From Verrucomicrobiia bacterium (lineage in GTDB: Bacteria; Verrucomicrobiota; Verrucomicrobiia; Limisphaerales; UBA1319), in the NCBI GenBank assembly GCA_963664225.1, contig OY760937.1, positions 2,400,001 through 2,464,000 on the forward strand: a stretch of 64,000 nt of DNA. The letters are read 5' to 3'. The first letter of the stretch is position 1. Each line of letters begins with the position of its first letter. Shown piece after piece: positions 9,600 through 19,001 of this stretch. The notes beneath the pieces were generated by a model that did not search any database, was not told the DNA's origin, and saw only the letters and a program-made list of their open reading frames with translations. The translations under genes and the position numbers were made by a program.

Positions 9600-10592
9600 A
9601 TGAGACCTGACCTGTTTTGCCTTTTAATCGGATTGACCCTTTGCTCCCCCTCCATTTCGCACGCCCAGTCTCCATCCCAACCGGCAGGCGTCCCGCCTCA
9701 GGTGCTTCCGGGAAAAGGCCTGGCGCAGCATGATTTTCTCTACGCGGGTGAATCCAAGAACCGTCGCGCCTTCATTGTCAGGAACGGCAAGGTGGTCTGG
9801 ACCTACGAGGATCCCACGGGCAAGGGTGAAATTAGCGACGCCGTCCTGCTCTCCAATGGCAACCTGCTCATCGCCCACCAGTATGCGGTCAAACTCATTT
9901 CGCCTGAAAAGAAGATCCTCTGGAATTACGATGCCCCTCAAGGGACGGAAATCCACACCGCCATGCCCATTGGCAACGATCATGTGCTCTATGTGCAAAA
10001 CGGGGATCCAGCCTGGGTCAAGGTGGTCAACATCGCCACCGGCGAGACCAAACTCCAATTCAACGTGCCCACAGGCAATCCCAAGAGCGTTCACGGCCAC
10101 TTTCGGCACGCGCGCCTCACCCCGTCCGGAACCCTCATGATTGCCCACATGGATATGGGCAAAGTTTGCGAGTACAATGCCGAAGGCAAGGAACTCTGGT
10201 CCTACGCCATTGAAGGAGCCTGGGGCGTCACTCCCTTGAAAAATGGGAATGTCCTGGTGGTGGGCCGCAAAGAAGTCCGGGAAGTGACCCACAGCGGCGA
10301 AATAGTGTCCACGTTCACCCCTGCCGATGCCGGCGAATTCAAACTCTCGAGCCTTCAACTGGCCTGGCGCCTGCCCAACGGAAACACCTTGATCAATAAT
10401 TGGGCGAACGAGTGGAGTGGACCAATCGACAAAACCAATCCTCCCACCCAGGCGGTGGAAATGACGCCGGACAAGAAAGTGGTCTGGGTCCTCCGTTCCT
10501 GGGCCGAGCCGGACTTTGGACCGGCCACGACCATTCAAATTCTCGACACGCCTGAAGCTCCGGAAAAAGTCAGCTTCGGCAACATCAAATAA
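9600..10592 (+). CDS. Secreted beta-propeller protein (PQQ-like/arylsulfotransferase-like repeats)
   Basis: Signal peptide; repeated L-x-NGN-x-L and G-K-x-x-W blade motifs. Confidence 0.7.
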   Translation: MRPDLFCLLIGLTLCSPSISHAQSPSQPAGVPPQVLPGKGLAQHDFLYAGESKNRRAFIVRNGKVVWTYEDPTGKGEISDAVLLSNGNLLIAHQYAVKLISPEKKILWNYDAPQGTEIHTAMPIGNDHVLYVQNGDPAWVKVVNIATGETKLQFNVPTGNPKSVHGHFRHARLTPSGTLMIAHMDMGKVCEYNAEGKELWSYAIEGAWGVTPLKNGNVLVVGRKEVREVTHSGEIVSTFTPADAGEFKLSSLQLAWRLPNGNTLINNWANEWSGPIDKTNPPTQAVEMTPDKKVVWVLRSWAEPDFGPATTIQILDTPEAPEKVSFGNIK

Positions 10593-10610
10593 TTGATCGG
10601 GGTGGGTGGC

Positions 10611-11798
10611 ATGCGTGCTCCATGGCGATTACCCGGGTTGCTGCAAAGCATGGCTCGCATGTTGGCCATCCTTGCGGGCACAGCATCCATGACATGGGCA
10701 GAGCCATCCAGCCTGCCCCTGGACCAGGCCAGTTTCAAAAACCCTCCCGCGCAGGATCGCACACGCATGTTCTGGCGGGTCTTTGGTCCCACCTGGACTA
10801 ACCCGGAGATCGATTATCGTTGGAGCTGATCAAAGAGGCGGGCATCGGCGGCGTCACCGTGTTCTTCATGTATCCGGTGGCCCTGGATAATGAACAGGTT
10901 CATAACCAAAAGTATTTGAGCGACGAGTTTTTGAAAACACTCGCCCACGCCGCCGGTAAAGCCCGCGAGTTGAACCTGAGGTTTGGTGTGGCGGGTGGAA
11001 CCGGCTGGCCTTATGGCGGCCCGAACGTCAATGGTTCAGACGCCTCCCATCGGGTGCGCCAATTGGTGGTGACTCTAACCAACCAAACCAACCAAAGTCA
11101 CAGCGTTGTCCTTCCAGAGTTAAAACAAGGGGAGAGCCGTCTGGCCGTCTTCTATGGAACCAACGAGGTGACCACACACCTCCAGGGCAATACACTGGAC
11201 CTCGATGCAATGGCCAGTGTTGATTCCCCTGCATCCGGTGCGAGCCTTAAGGTTTTTGTGGTGGGACCCACGGGTATGCGCGTTAAGCGTCCGGCCTACG
11301 GAGCAGAGGGACCAGTGATTGACCACTACCGGTCGGGCCCCCTCGAGCGTTATCTGGAGGGCTCAGTGGCCCCCATGTTGTCCACGGCGCCCGGCCAGAT
11401 CGAATCCATTTTCTGCGACAGTCTTGAGGTTTATGGAGGGAATTGGACGGAAGGCTTTCCGGAAATATTTGAAAAGCGCCAGGGCTATTCCATCACCTCG
11501 CGACTGCCCGATTTGTTCGACAACGATTCCGAGTCCGCTCCGGATTTGCGCTTTGACCTCTGGCGCACTCTGGCGGAATTGACCGAGGAACAATTCACCC
11601 AGTTTTTGTCAGACTGGTCACATCGGCATGGGGTGAAACTCGAAATGGAGGCCTATGGCACGCCTCCCAGTCCGATGACCGCCGCACGCCATATTGATGT
11701 GCCCACGGGCGAGCAATATGAGTGGAAGGGATTCTCGCTATCGCGGCTGGCGGCCTCGGGCGCCCATCTGGCCGGGAAGAACATCGTTGGAGCTGAGG
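10611..11798 (+). pseudogene. GH106 (alpha-L-rhamnosidase-like) glycoside hydrolase, frameshifted near 10819 and truncated near 11798
   Basis: FKNPP..RTRMFWRVFG..T..EIDY joins LELIKEAGIGG in another frame; GTGWPYGGP, FCDSLE and ASGAHLAGKNIVGAE follow, then similarity ends abruptly. Confidence 0.75.
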
Positions 11799-11933
11799 AT
11801 GCCTGGCAACTGCCTGCCGCATCACGTCGAGATGGCCACACAATTGAGTCAACGACCGCCCGTTGTATTTGTGAAGTTCATCCAGCAACTTTCTACGGCT
11901 TTCGTCGGCCAATGCTTTGAACACTACATTCAT
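11797..11933 (-). pseudogene. ArsR/SmtB-family HTH regulator, N-terminal remnant
   Basis: MNVVFKALADESRRKLLDEL...SLTQLCGHLDVMRQAVARH is cut inside the recognition helix. Confidence 0.65.
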
Positions 11934-12223
11934 TTCACATGAAATAATTCGACATTTTTGCATGTCAAGTGGGCCGGTTTTTAGTCGTGACAACCTGCCT
12001 TTGGCTCACTCTTTCTGCCAAAACGCGTCAGGGAATCTCGCTCCAGTGATCCGCATTGCGATGCATGTTTAATTGTTAAAGAAGATGCCGCGCTTTTAAT
12101 GCAACCCGCCAATCAAATGATTCCGCTGCATTTTTCGGCCGCCGTTTACAGCCCAATTTTTACACAGTTCGCTTTAGGCAATAGAGTAGCGGCCAGATGT
12201 TCCAGCCACCGCCATCCAACTGC

Positions 12224-12697
12224 TCAAGCCTTGCGCATTTTCGCTGCGATTGCCGCAAGCTGGTCAGTGCATTGCCCCCAGCCTTGATGGAAGCCCATCT
12301 TTTCGTGGGTTTCGCGGTCGGCCACCGTCCAGTGAATCACTCGCGCGGTGTATTTCGTTTTGCCGCCAACATCCGCAAACGTCAGGACCACGGTCATGAA
12401 CGGATGCTCTGACGGTTCCCATGCCTTCGTGTAGGCATCTGTGAACACCAGTTTCTCATTCTGGACCACCTCAAGATAGACACCCCGATTGGGCATGTCC
12501 TTGCCATCAGTACCCCGCATGACGATATAGTTCGCGCCGCCTGGGCGCACATCGAGTTCCGCGATAGGAGTCGTGAATGGCAGAGGTGCAAACCACTGCT
12601 TGAGGATTTCAGGATCCGTCCATGCCTTGAATACGATTTCACGAGGCGCATCAATAACGCGTGTGATGACAAGTTCGCGGTTGTTGGACTTGGTCAT
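12224..12697 (-). CDS. SRPBCC/AHSA1 (START-like) domain protein
   Basis: ELVITRVIDAPREIVFKAWTDP, DVRPGG, GVYLEVV, MGFHQGW motifs. Confidence 0.88.
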   Translation of the reverse strand: MTKSNNRELVITRVIDAPREIVFKAWTDPEILKQWFAPLPFTTPIAELDVRPGGANYIVMRGTDGKDMPNRGVYLEVVQNEKLVFTDAYTKAWEPSEHPFMTVVLTFADVGGKTKYTARVIHWTVADRETHEKMGFHQGWGQCTDQLAAIAAKMRKA

Positions 12698-12823
12698 GAT
12701 GGTTTCCTTTTATTTGGTAAGGGTGGTGTCTTGCATGTCACAACGGAGCGAGTGAATGAATGCATGCAAATGATTTCCTTGCACCGTGCGGAAAAGCATG
12801 CTGGTGACTCGCAGTTGTTCATT

Positions 12824-13573
12824 TCAGTCGGTGTGGCCATGGGTCTGCCGTCCGAACATATCACACCTGCGGTAACTTTTCGATTTGCCGTGTGTGGCAT
12901 CCGCGCGCACCACCCACTGCTCCGCAATGAACTCCGAATCCAGGAGCGCCTGAAGCACTTCAGTACGTTCGCAAGTCGTGATGGACAGGATATCCGTGGA
13001 CCGAACGAATGGATAGGCCTGCGTTTGGCCCACCATCCTCCCATAGAAAAACCGTGCATCGGCCCCTCTCCCTCGCCGGTTCACTGGCAGGAAAACGCGA
13101 CCCTTCCAGCTTTCTTGCCCGCTGCGAGAGGGTTGCCGGTTTGCAGCAGAAGCATCCAAGGTCATTTCAGCCCGGAAAATCATCTGACCATCAAGGATTA
13201 TCCTCATAGAGGCGAAGTCAGAAACTGCCACCTGACAATCGGCGTGAAAATAGGGTGTGGCGAATAACAGGCGTTCGCAGAATGCAAACAGTCGGAATGA
13301 GTTGAATGCATGGGCCAGGAATGCTGCATCCTGCGTTTCCTGTGCTGGGTCAATCACCGCCACCGAGAAACTGACTTCCGTGAATCGGATTCCCATGTAA
13401 GTCATCTCGGCGGCGACAATCAGAATCTGTGCCCTGCCATTCCGATTCACGGGCAGAAGATCCTCCTGCTGCAAATTAGCGGTCCAGAAAGCCAGATCCG
13501 CTGTGCCATGAAGCGTGACCTCTCGCACATGGGTCGGTTCGGCAATATAGCGAATGGTTTCGTCCATCACCAT
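12824..13573 (-). CDS. Hypothetical protein (possibly acetoacetate decarboxylase/DUF2071-like fold)
   Basis: About 250-aa ORF; YMGIRFTEVSFSVAV and FATPYFHA resemble that fold; start uncertain. Confidence 0.5.
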   Translation of the reverse strand: MVMDETIRYIAEPTHVREVTLHGTADLAFWTANLQQEDLLPVNRNGRAQILIVAAEMTYMGIRFTEVSFSVAVIDPAQETQDAAFLAHAFNSFRLFAFCERLLFATPYFHADCQVAVSDFASMRIILDGQMIFRAEMTLDASAANRQPSRSGQESWKGRVFLPVNRRGRGADARFFYGRMVGQTQAYPFVRSTDILSITTCERTEVLQALLDSEFIAEQWVVRADATHGKSKSYRRCDMFGRQTHGHTD

Positions 13574-13780
13574 GCACTGTCGGCCGAACGCACAAATACA
13601 GCAACAGCTCGAATATACCCGAGATGTCTGCCTTGGGCGGGGCCTTACGGCAAAATGGGAATCAACAGGCAAATAGGGATTACCCAATCAATCAGGCAAT
13701 ATCTAAAGACCCGTCCCTAAACAGCCCACCAGCCGTTAAGTTATTTTGTGGAAATAATGAGGATTGCATTGGCTCGTTCG

Positions 13781-13810
13781 ATTGTTTAAATGTATAGACA
13801 TATAAACAAT
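13781..13810. promoter_or_regulatory. 30-bp near-perfect palindrome, probable GntR/HutC-family operator
   Basis: ATTGTTTAaATGTatagACATaTAAACAAT abutting the gntR ATG; core TGTATAGACA fits the HutC-subfamily GT-N-TA-N-AC pattern. Confidence 0.7.
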
Positions 13811-14599
13811 ATGCCCCGGTTGAATCCCAACAGTCCTGTGCCCTTGCATTCCCAGGTGGAGCAGATCCTGCGCAAAATGATCGCTCAAAAGGAATACCAG
13901 GAGAATGGATTGCTGCCGGACGAGCTCACCCTGGCCAATCGTTTTGGGGTGAGTCGCGGCACAATGCGGGCGGCAATTGCCATCCTGGTGCAGGAAGGGG
14001 TTCTGGAGCGCCGCGCGGGTGTCGGCACCCGTGTCCGTCCGCGTCCGGTGGAATCGGGCATTGGAGCCTGGCGGAGCTTTTCCCGTGAAATGGCCCGAAA
14101 AGGCATCCAGGTTGAGAATCTGAAACTCGAATACTCCCTGGATACGCCAACCGGGGAGGCCGCTGCCGCCCTGCAACTCAACCGCCGGATCGCAATATGG
14201 CGTCTGGATCGGGTGCGCGGCTGGAATGGACAGCCGGTCCTGCATTCCCGCTCCTGGTTTCATCCCAGGCTGGGTTTGAAAGGAGACGAGGATTTCTCAA
14301 AACCGCTTTACGAGACTTTGAAGAAGTCAACCGGCGTGCAACCGGACCGGGCGCATGAAGATTTTGGCGCTGTTTCCGCCAGCAAGGCCATGGCCTCATT
14401 ACTCCGTGTTACCCCAGGGGAACCGTTGCTCCTGCGAACGCACACGGTCTTTGACACCGGTGGCCGAGCCTTTGAATTTGCCCAGGTGCATTATGTCAGT
14501 TCGCGATTCGCACTGACCATGGACTTGCGCCGGGACGATGACGATTCCAGCGGGTTGCCCACACAACAAAAACCAATCTCAAAAAAGAAAGCCCAATGA
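13811..14599 (+). CDS. GntR-family (HutC/UTRA) transcriptional regulator
   Basis: PLHSQV..., LPDELTLANRFGVSRGTMRAAI wHTH, and a C-terminal UTRA-like domain. Confidence 0.92.
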   Translation: MPRLNPNSPVPLHSQVEQILRKMIAQKEYQENGLLPDELTLANRFGVSRGTMRAAIAILVQEGVLERRAGVGTRVRPRPVESGIGAWRSFSREMARKGIQVENLKLEYSLDTPTGEAAAALQLNRRIAIWRLDRVRGWNGQPVLHSRSWFHPRLGLKGDEDFSKPLYETLKKSTGVQPDRAHEDFGAVSASKAMASLLRVTPGEPLLLRTHTVFDTGGRAFEFAQVHYVSSRFALTMDLRRDDDDSSGLPTQQKPISKKKAQ

Positions 14600-17500
14600 A
14601 AACCACACCACTACTCAGCCTCCTGCGTCTGATCCTGGGAATCAGCCTGCTTCAAGCCCCGGCAATTCTTGCGCAGCCATTCACAAAATTATCCGAAGGG
14701 CCCAATCCCAAAATTGTGGCTCATGCCGAGGAGTTTCCTGGCGGCTACAGTGTCCAAAACATGCTTCAGAAGCCATGGAAGCACAGCCAAAACCAGGAGT
14801 ATGCCTCTCACAGCAAGGGGGTGCAGACTTTCATCGACTTTGACTTTGGCCAACCGGTCAGGATCGCGGCATTCCGTCACATGCAGCGCAGCACCCCGGA
14901 TATCATCGCCACGGCAAAGCTCATTTTCAGCGATGACAAGGAATTCAAGGAGGTTCTGAAAACTGTGGACGTCAAACACGTTGAAAAGCCCAACGGGTTG
15001 ACCTTTGCCGCATTTCCACCTGTTCAGGCGCGCTATGTCCGCTGGCAGGTGACCGCGATGATTCCCGGATCCTCGCCCAACGTGGGGGGCAAGGGCATCG
15101 AATTCCTGACCCCGGGCGAGCCCGAATCCACTCCGCAAGGGACTGAAGTATCCGCCAGCACAATTCAGGTGATCGATCGTGAAGCGGGCTCCCTGGTTCA
15201 GCCCCTCAAAGTCACCCTGGATTATCCCTACGCCGAGACCGCCAAAGCCATCGTGCATGTGGAAGGTCAGGATCCAAAATCCGTGGATCTGAGTTTTGGC
15301 AGCCAGGTTTTGGACTTCAAGGTGGCCGCTTTGGACACCGAAAGGAACTTGAAGGTTGACGTCGAAGTGAACGGCCAAAAAGCAGTCTCAAAAACCGTGT
15401 CCATCAAGCCGGCCCGAAAACTGACAGTCTATGTGCTGCCGCACTCCCACACGGATATCGGCTACACCGCCATTCAAACCGATATCGAGGAAAAGCAGGT
15501 CAATAATCTCATGCAGGGAATTGCAGAGGCGCGGCGCACCGCCAGCTATCCCGAAGGCTCCCGCTTCAAATGGAATGTGGAAGTGGCCTGGGCCGCAGAC
15601 CTATTTCTGGATCGTCTTTCACCCGCGCAAAAGGAGGATTTCCTGGATGCCGTCAAACACAAACTCGTGATTCTAAACGGAATGTATCTCAACGAACTCA
15701 CCGGACTTTGCCGACCTGAAGAATTGATCCGTTTGTTCCGGTATGCCACGGAGCTTCGGGAACGCACCGGAGCCCCCATGGATTCGGCCATGATCTCCGA
15801 TGTTCCCGGTTACACTTGGGGAACCGTGACCGCCATGTCCCAGGCGGGAATCCGCTATTTTTCTGTGGCGCCCAATTACTTCGATCGCATTGGAACCATT
15901 CTGGTCGAGTGGGAGAACAAACCGTTCTGGTGGATCGGGCCGGATGGCAAGAGCAAGGTCCTGGTCTGGATTCCGTTTTGGGGTTACGCCATGTCGCACC
16001 GCTATGGGAAGATGTCCCACCAACTGGTGGAGGATTTCTGCAATGGCCTGGATAAACGATCCTATCCCTACGACATTGCCTACGTGCGCTGGGCGGGCCA
16101 CGGAGACAATGCGGTTCCCGATCCGGCCATTTGTGATTTCATAAAGGATTGGAATGCCGCGCACGCATGGCCTCAATTCATCATCAGTGGCACCGGAGAG
16201 GCCTTCAGCGCCTTTGAAAAACGTTATGGGGACAAGATTCCCCAGGTGCATGGCGACTGGTCTCCCTACTGGGAGGATGGGGCGGGTTCCTCTGCCGCGG
16301 AAACCACGATGAACCGTGCCAGTTCCGAACGCCTTACCCAGGCGGAGACCCTCTGGGCCATCAACAATCCATCCCAGTATCCGCTCAAAAGCTTCAAGGA
16401 CGCCTGGAATAATGTGCTTCTCTATTCGGAACACACCTGGGGGGCCTACTGCAGCATTTCGGATCCGGCCAATCCGTTTTCCACCGACCAATGGACGATC
16501 AAGCAATCCTATGCCACTGCGGCCAATCTCCAATCCCGGCAACTCCTGAGCGAGGCCGCCCTCACCAAACCGATCAAACCGGTCAAACCAGTCGCAAATA
16601 CCACCAAGCCGGGTGACGCAAAGAACGACCGGTTCATGGATGTCTATAACACCACCTCCTGGCCGCGAACGGAGCTGGTTTCCATACCCAACGAACTCTC
16701 CGAAGGCGGTGATTTTGTCCTGGATGATCAGGGTCGGAGAGTGCCCGCGCAAAGGCTCGCCAATCGGGAACTGGCCATCATGGCAAACGACCTGCCACCA
16801 TTTTCTGGACGTCGATATACACTTATTGGCCAGCCAAGGGAGGGCGTCAAGAATCCTGAATTCGTTCCCGCCAAAGCCAGCGCAGAGTCCGCCTCTCTGG
16901 AGAATGGATTGATCACGGTCCGTCTGGATCCAAAAACCGGTGGCATCATCGAACTGCGCGTAAAGGGCATTGATCAAAACCTGGCAGACACCGCCGGGGA
17001 TCATCGCCTCAATGATTACCTCTACATGGTCGGCGATGACACCACCAAGCTGCTCCGCAATGGGCCGGTGAAGATTACGGTGCTGGATAACGGTCCGCTC
17101 GTGGCATCGCTGAAGGTGGAGTCCGATGCCCCGGGCACCTACAAACTGGTGCGCGAAATCCGCATTGTGTCCGGTGGCGATTACGTGGAATTGATCAACC
17201 GGGTGGATAAGAAACGGTTGGATGCCCCGAACTATTATGCCTTTGATGGCAAGGAGAGCGTTAACTTTGCCTTTCCTTTCAATGTCCCCGGCGGGGATGT
17301 GCAGATGGACCTCCCGCTGGCCCTGATGCGCGTGGATCAGGACCAGATGCCCAGCGCCTGCAAAAACTGGCTCACCGCCGGGCTTTGGGCGGACGTGGCC
17401 AATGAGGAATTCGGTGTGACCTGGGTCACGCTGGATGCGCCCCTGGTCCAGGTGGGTGGGATTACGGCCAACCTGCTCAATTCCCAAACCAATCCGGAGA

Positions 17501-17973
17501 CCTGGCGCAAAAAGATCGAGCCCACCCAGAAACTCTATTCCTGGGCCATGAACAATCACTGGGGCACCAATTACCGCGCCTATCAGGAAGGCCCCAATTT
17601 ATTCCGGTTTATCTTGAGGCCGCATGGCCAGCGCAATCACCCCGACGCCTCGCGATTTGCGGTGTGCTTCAGTCAGCCCCTGGTGGTGACACCCGGACGC
17701 GGGACCGCACCGAAGACCACCTCGCTGGTCAGCATCGAACCGGCCGATGTCATGGCCATCGCCTTGAAACCCAGCGACGACGGCAAGGCCTTTATCCTGC
17801 GCCTGTATGGAACAGGCAACCAGGTCGCCAATGCGAAGATCACCTGGCCCAACCACGCGTCTGCAAAAATGTGGCTCAGCGACACCAGCGAGAAACCGCT
17901 GAAGGCCATTTCGGGGACAGCTGAGGTTCCCTCGCATGGCGTAACCACGATACGGGCTGAATTGAGAAAATAA
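14596..17973 (+). CDS. Secreted GH38 alpha-mannosidase-like hydrolase with an N-terminal F5/8-type C (discoidin-like) module
   Basis: Signal peptide; ARYVRWQVT discoidin-like strand; PHSHTDIGY Zn motif, ISDVPG nucleophile region, YSEHTWG, NNHWGTNY. Confidence 0.85.
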   Translation: MKTTPLLSLLRLILGISLLQAPAILAQPFTKLSEGPNPKIVAHAEEFPGGYSVQNMLQKPWKHSQNQEYASHSKGVQTFIDFDFGQPVRIAAFRHMQRSTPDIIATAKLIFSDDKEFKEVLKTVDVKHVEKPNGLTFAAFPPVQARYVRWQVTAMIPGSSPNVGGKGIEFLTPGEPESTPQGTEVSASTIQVIDREAGSLVQPLKVTLDYPYAETAKAIVHVEGQDPKSVDLSFGSQVLDFKVAALDTERNLKVDVEVNGQKAVSKTVSIKPARKLTVYVLPHSHTDIGYTAIQTDIEEKQVNNLMQGIAEARRTASYPEGSRFKWNVEVAWAADLFLDRLSPAQKEDFLDAVKHKLVILNGMYLNELTGLCRPEELIRLFRYATELRERTGAPMDSAMISDVPGYTWGTVTAMSQAGIRYFSVAPNYFDRIGTILVEWENKPFWWIGPDGKSKVLVWIPFWGYAMSHRYGKMSHQLVEDFCNGLDKRSYPYDIAYVRWAGHGDNAVPDPAICDFIKDWNAAHAWPQFIISGTGEAFSAFEKRYGDKIPQVHGDWSPYWEDGAGSSAAETTMNRASSERLTQAETLWAINNPSQYPLKSFKDAWNNVLLYSEHTWGAYCSISDPANPFSTDQWTIKQSYATAANLQSRQLLSEAALTKPIKPVKPVANTTKPGDAKNDRFMDVYNTTSWPRTELVSIPNELSEGGDFVLDDQGRRVPAQRLANRELAIMANDLPPFSGRRYTLIGQPREGVKNPEFVPAKASAESASLENGLITVRLDPKTGGIIELRVKGIDQNLADTAGDHRLNDYLYMVGDDTTKLLRNGPVKITVLDNGPLVASLKVESDAPGTYKLVREIRIVSGGDYVELINRVDKKRLDAPNYYAFDGKESVNFAFPFNVPGGDVQMDLPLALMRVDQDQMPSACKNWLTAGLWADVANEEFGVTWVTLDAPLVQVGGITANLLNSQTNPETWRKKIEPTQKLYSWAMNNHWGTNYRAYQEGPNLFRFILRPHGQRNHPDASRFAVCFSQPLVVTPGRGTAPKTTSLVSIEPADVMAIALKPSDDGKAFILRLYGTGNQVANAKITWPNHASAKMWLSDTSEKPLKAISGTAEVPSHGVTTIRAELRK

Positions 17974-18008
17974 CCAGTTCACCCAGCTGCATAGGTGTCC
18001 CTGACACG

Positions 18009-19001
18009 ATGAAAATCTTTGCCGGAATTGACAGTGGCGGAACCCGGGCGCGGCTGGCCCTTGTCCAGGAGGACGGCCGCGTCATTGGTTATGCCGAAGG
18101 CAAGTCGTGTTGTTTCACCGATCAGGGCATGGATGGCGCAAGGGAAGCACTCAAAACCATCTGGCAGGAGGCGTGGTTATCAACTGGAACCTCCGTCCAG
18201 CCCGCAACGGCCCTGTTTCTTGGCCTTGGCAGCATCCTGGCCGGGGCCGACGCCCGCATCAATTGTGAGCTGGCCGTGTCTCTTGGCTTGGCCCCGGAGC
18301 CTGCGGTTCAAGCGCAGAACGACGCCTGGAACGCCATGGTCGGAGGATTGTGCGGCCGGGCTGGTGTGTTGCTGATTGCAGGCACCGGTTCGGCCTGCCT
18401 CGGACGCAATGCAGCCGGTGAAGTCTGGCGCGCCGGTGGATGGGGTTACAAGCTCGATGACCGCGGCAGCGCCTTTGCCTTGGGGCGCGCGGCCATGATT
18501 GCCGCCACCCGGGATGCGGATGGACGTGGCGCTCCAACCAGTCTCACCAAAATGGTCATCGATGCCCTTCACCTTTCCAGCATGGAAGAGATCTTCCGCC
18601 GCCTTCATCATGAGGGCGGATCACGCCATGATATAGCGGCCTTTGCCCCGCAGGTGATTCAGGCCGCCCAGGCCGGGGATGCGGTGGCTCTGGCGATTGT
18701 AAAAGAAGGAGCGGACGGTTTGGTCGAAATGGTGGCGACCGTCTCCAGAAAGCTTCAGCTCTCTAAACCGGACCTGGCCCTCACAGGCGGCCTGTTGTCC
18801 AACTCCCTCTATTACCAACAACGGTTCCTGGAAAAGCTGGCGAGAGACCTGCCCGGTTTCACGATCGTCCAGGATGGTCTGCCGCCTGTCCTGGGCGCGG
18901 TCATGCTCGCCGCGGAAAGTGTCTTTGGAAAACCGCTGTCCTCGTCCTTCATTGAAAATCTCCGAAACAGTGCCGCAAGGTTGGAACAGGTTCCCTCATG
19001 A
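18009..19001 (+). CDS. BadF/BadG/BcrA/BcrD-type sugar kinase (N-acetylglucosamine kinase-like)
   Basis: GIDSGGT, QNDA, IAGTGS, RAGGWGYKLDDRGSA, LTGGL. Confidence 0.88.
   Translation: MKIFAGIDSGGTRARLALVQEDGRVIGYAEGKSCCFTDQGMDGAREALKTIWQEAWLSTGTSVQPATALFLGLGSILAGADARINCELAVSLGLAPEPAVQAQNDAWNAMVGGLCGRAGVLLIAGTGSACLGRNAAGEVWRAGGWGYKLDDRGSAFALGRAAMIAATRDADGRGAPTSLTKMVIDALHLSSMEEIFRRLHHEGGSRHDIAAFAPQVIQAAQAGDAVALAIVKEGADGLVEMVATVSRKLQLSKPDLALTGGLLSNSLYYQQRFLEKLARDLPGFTIVQDGLPPVLGAVMLAAESVFGKPLSSSFIENLRNSAARLEQVPS

Noticed and set aside
16567..16593. 3x 9-bp tandem repeat (KPIKPVKPV) in GH38; also a TNQTNQ duplication near 11080
   Set aside because: In-frame linker micro-duplications, not CRISPR or phase-variable tracts
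15673..17559. 628-aa minus-strand ORF, and similar long antisense ORFs such as 25857-27296
   Set aside because: Shadow frames of well-supported hydrolase genes
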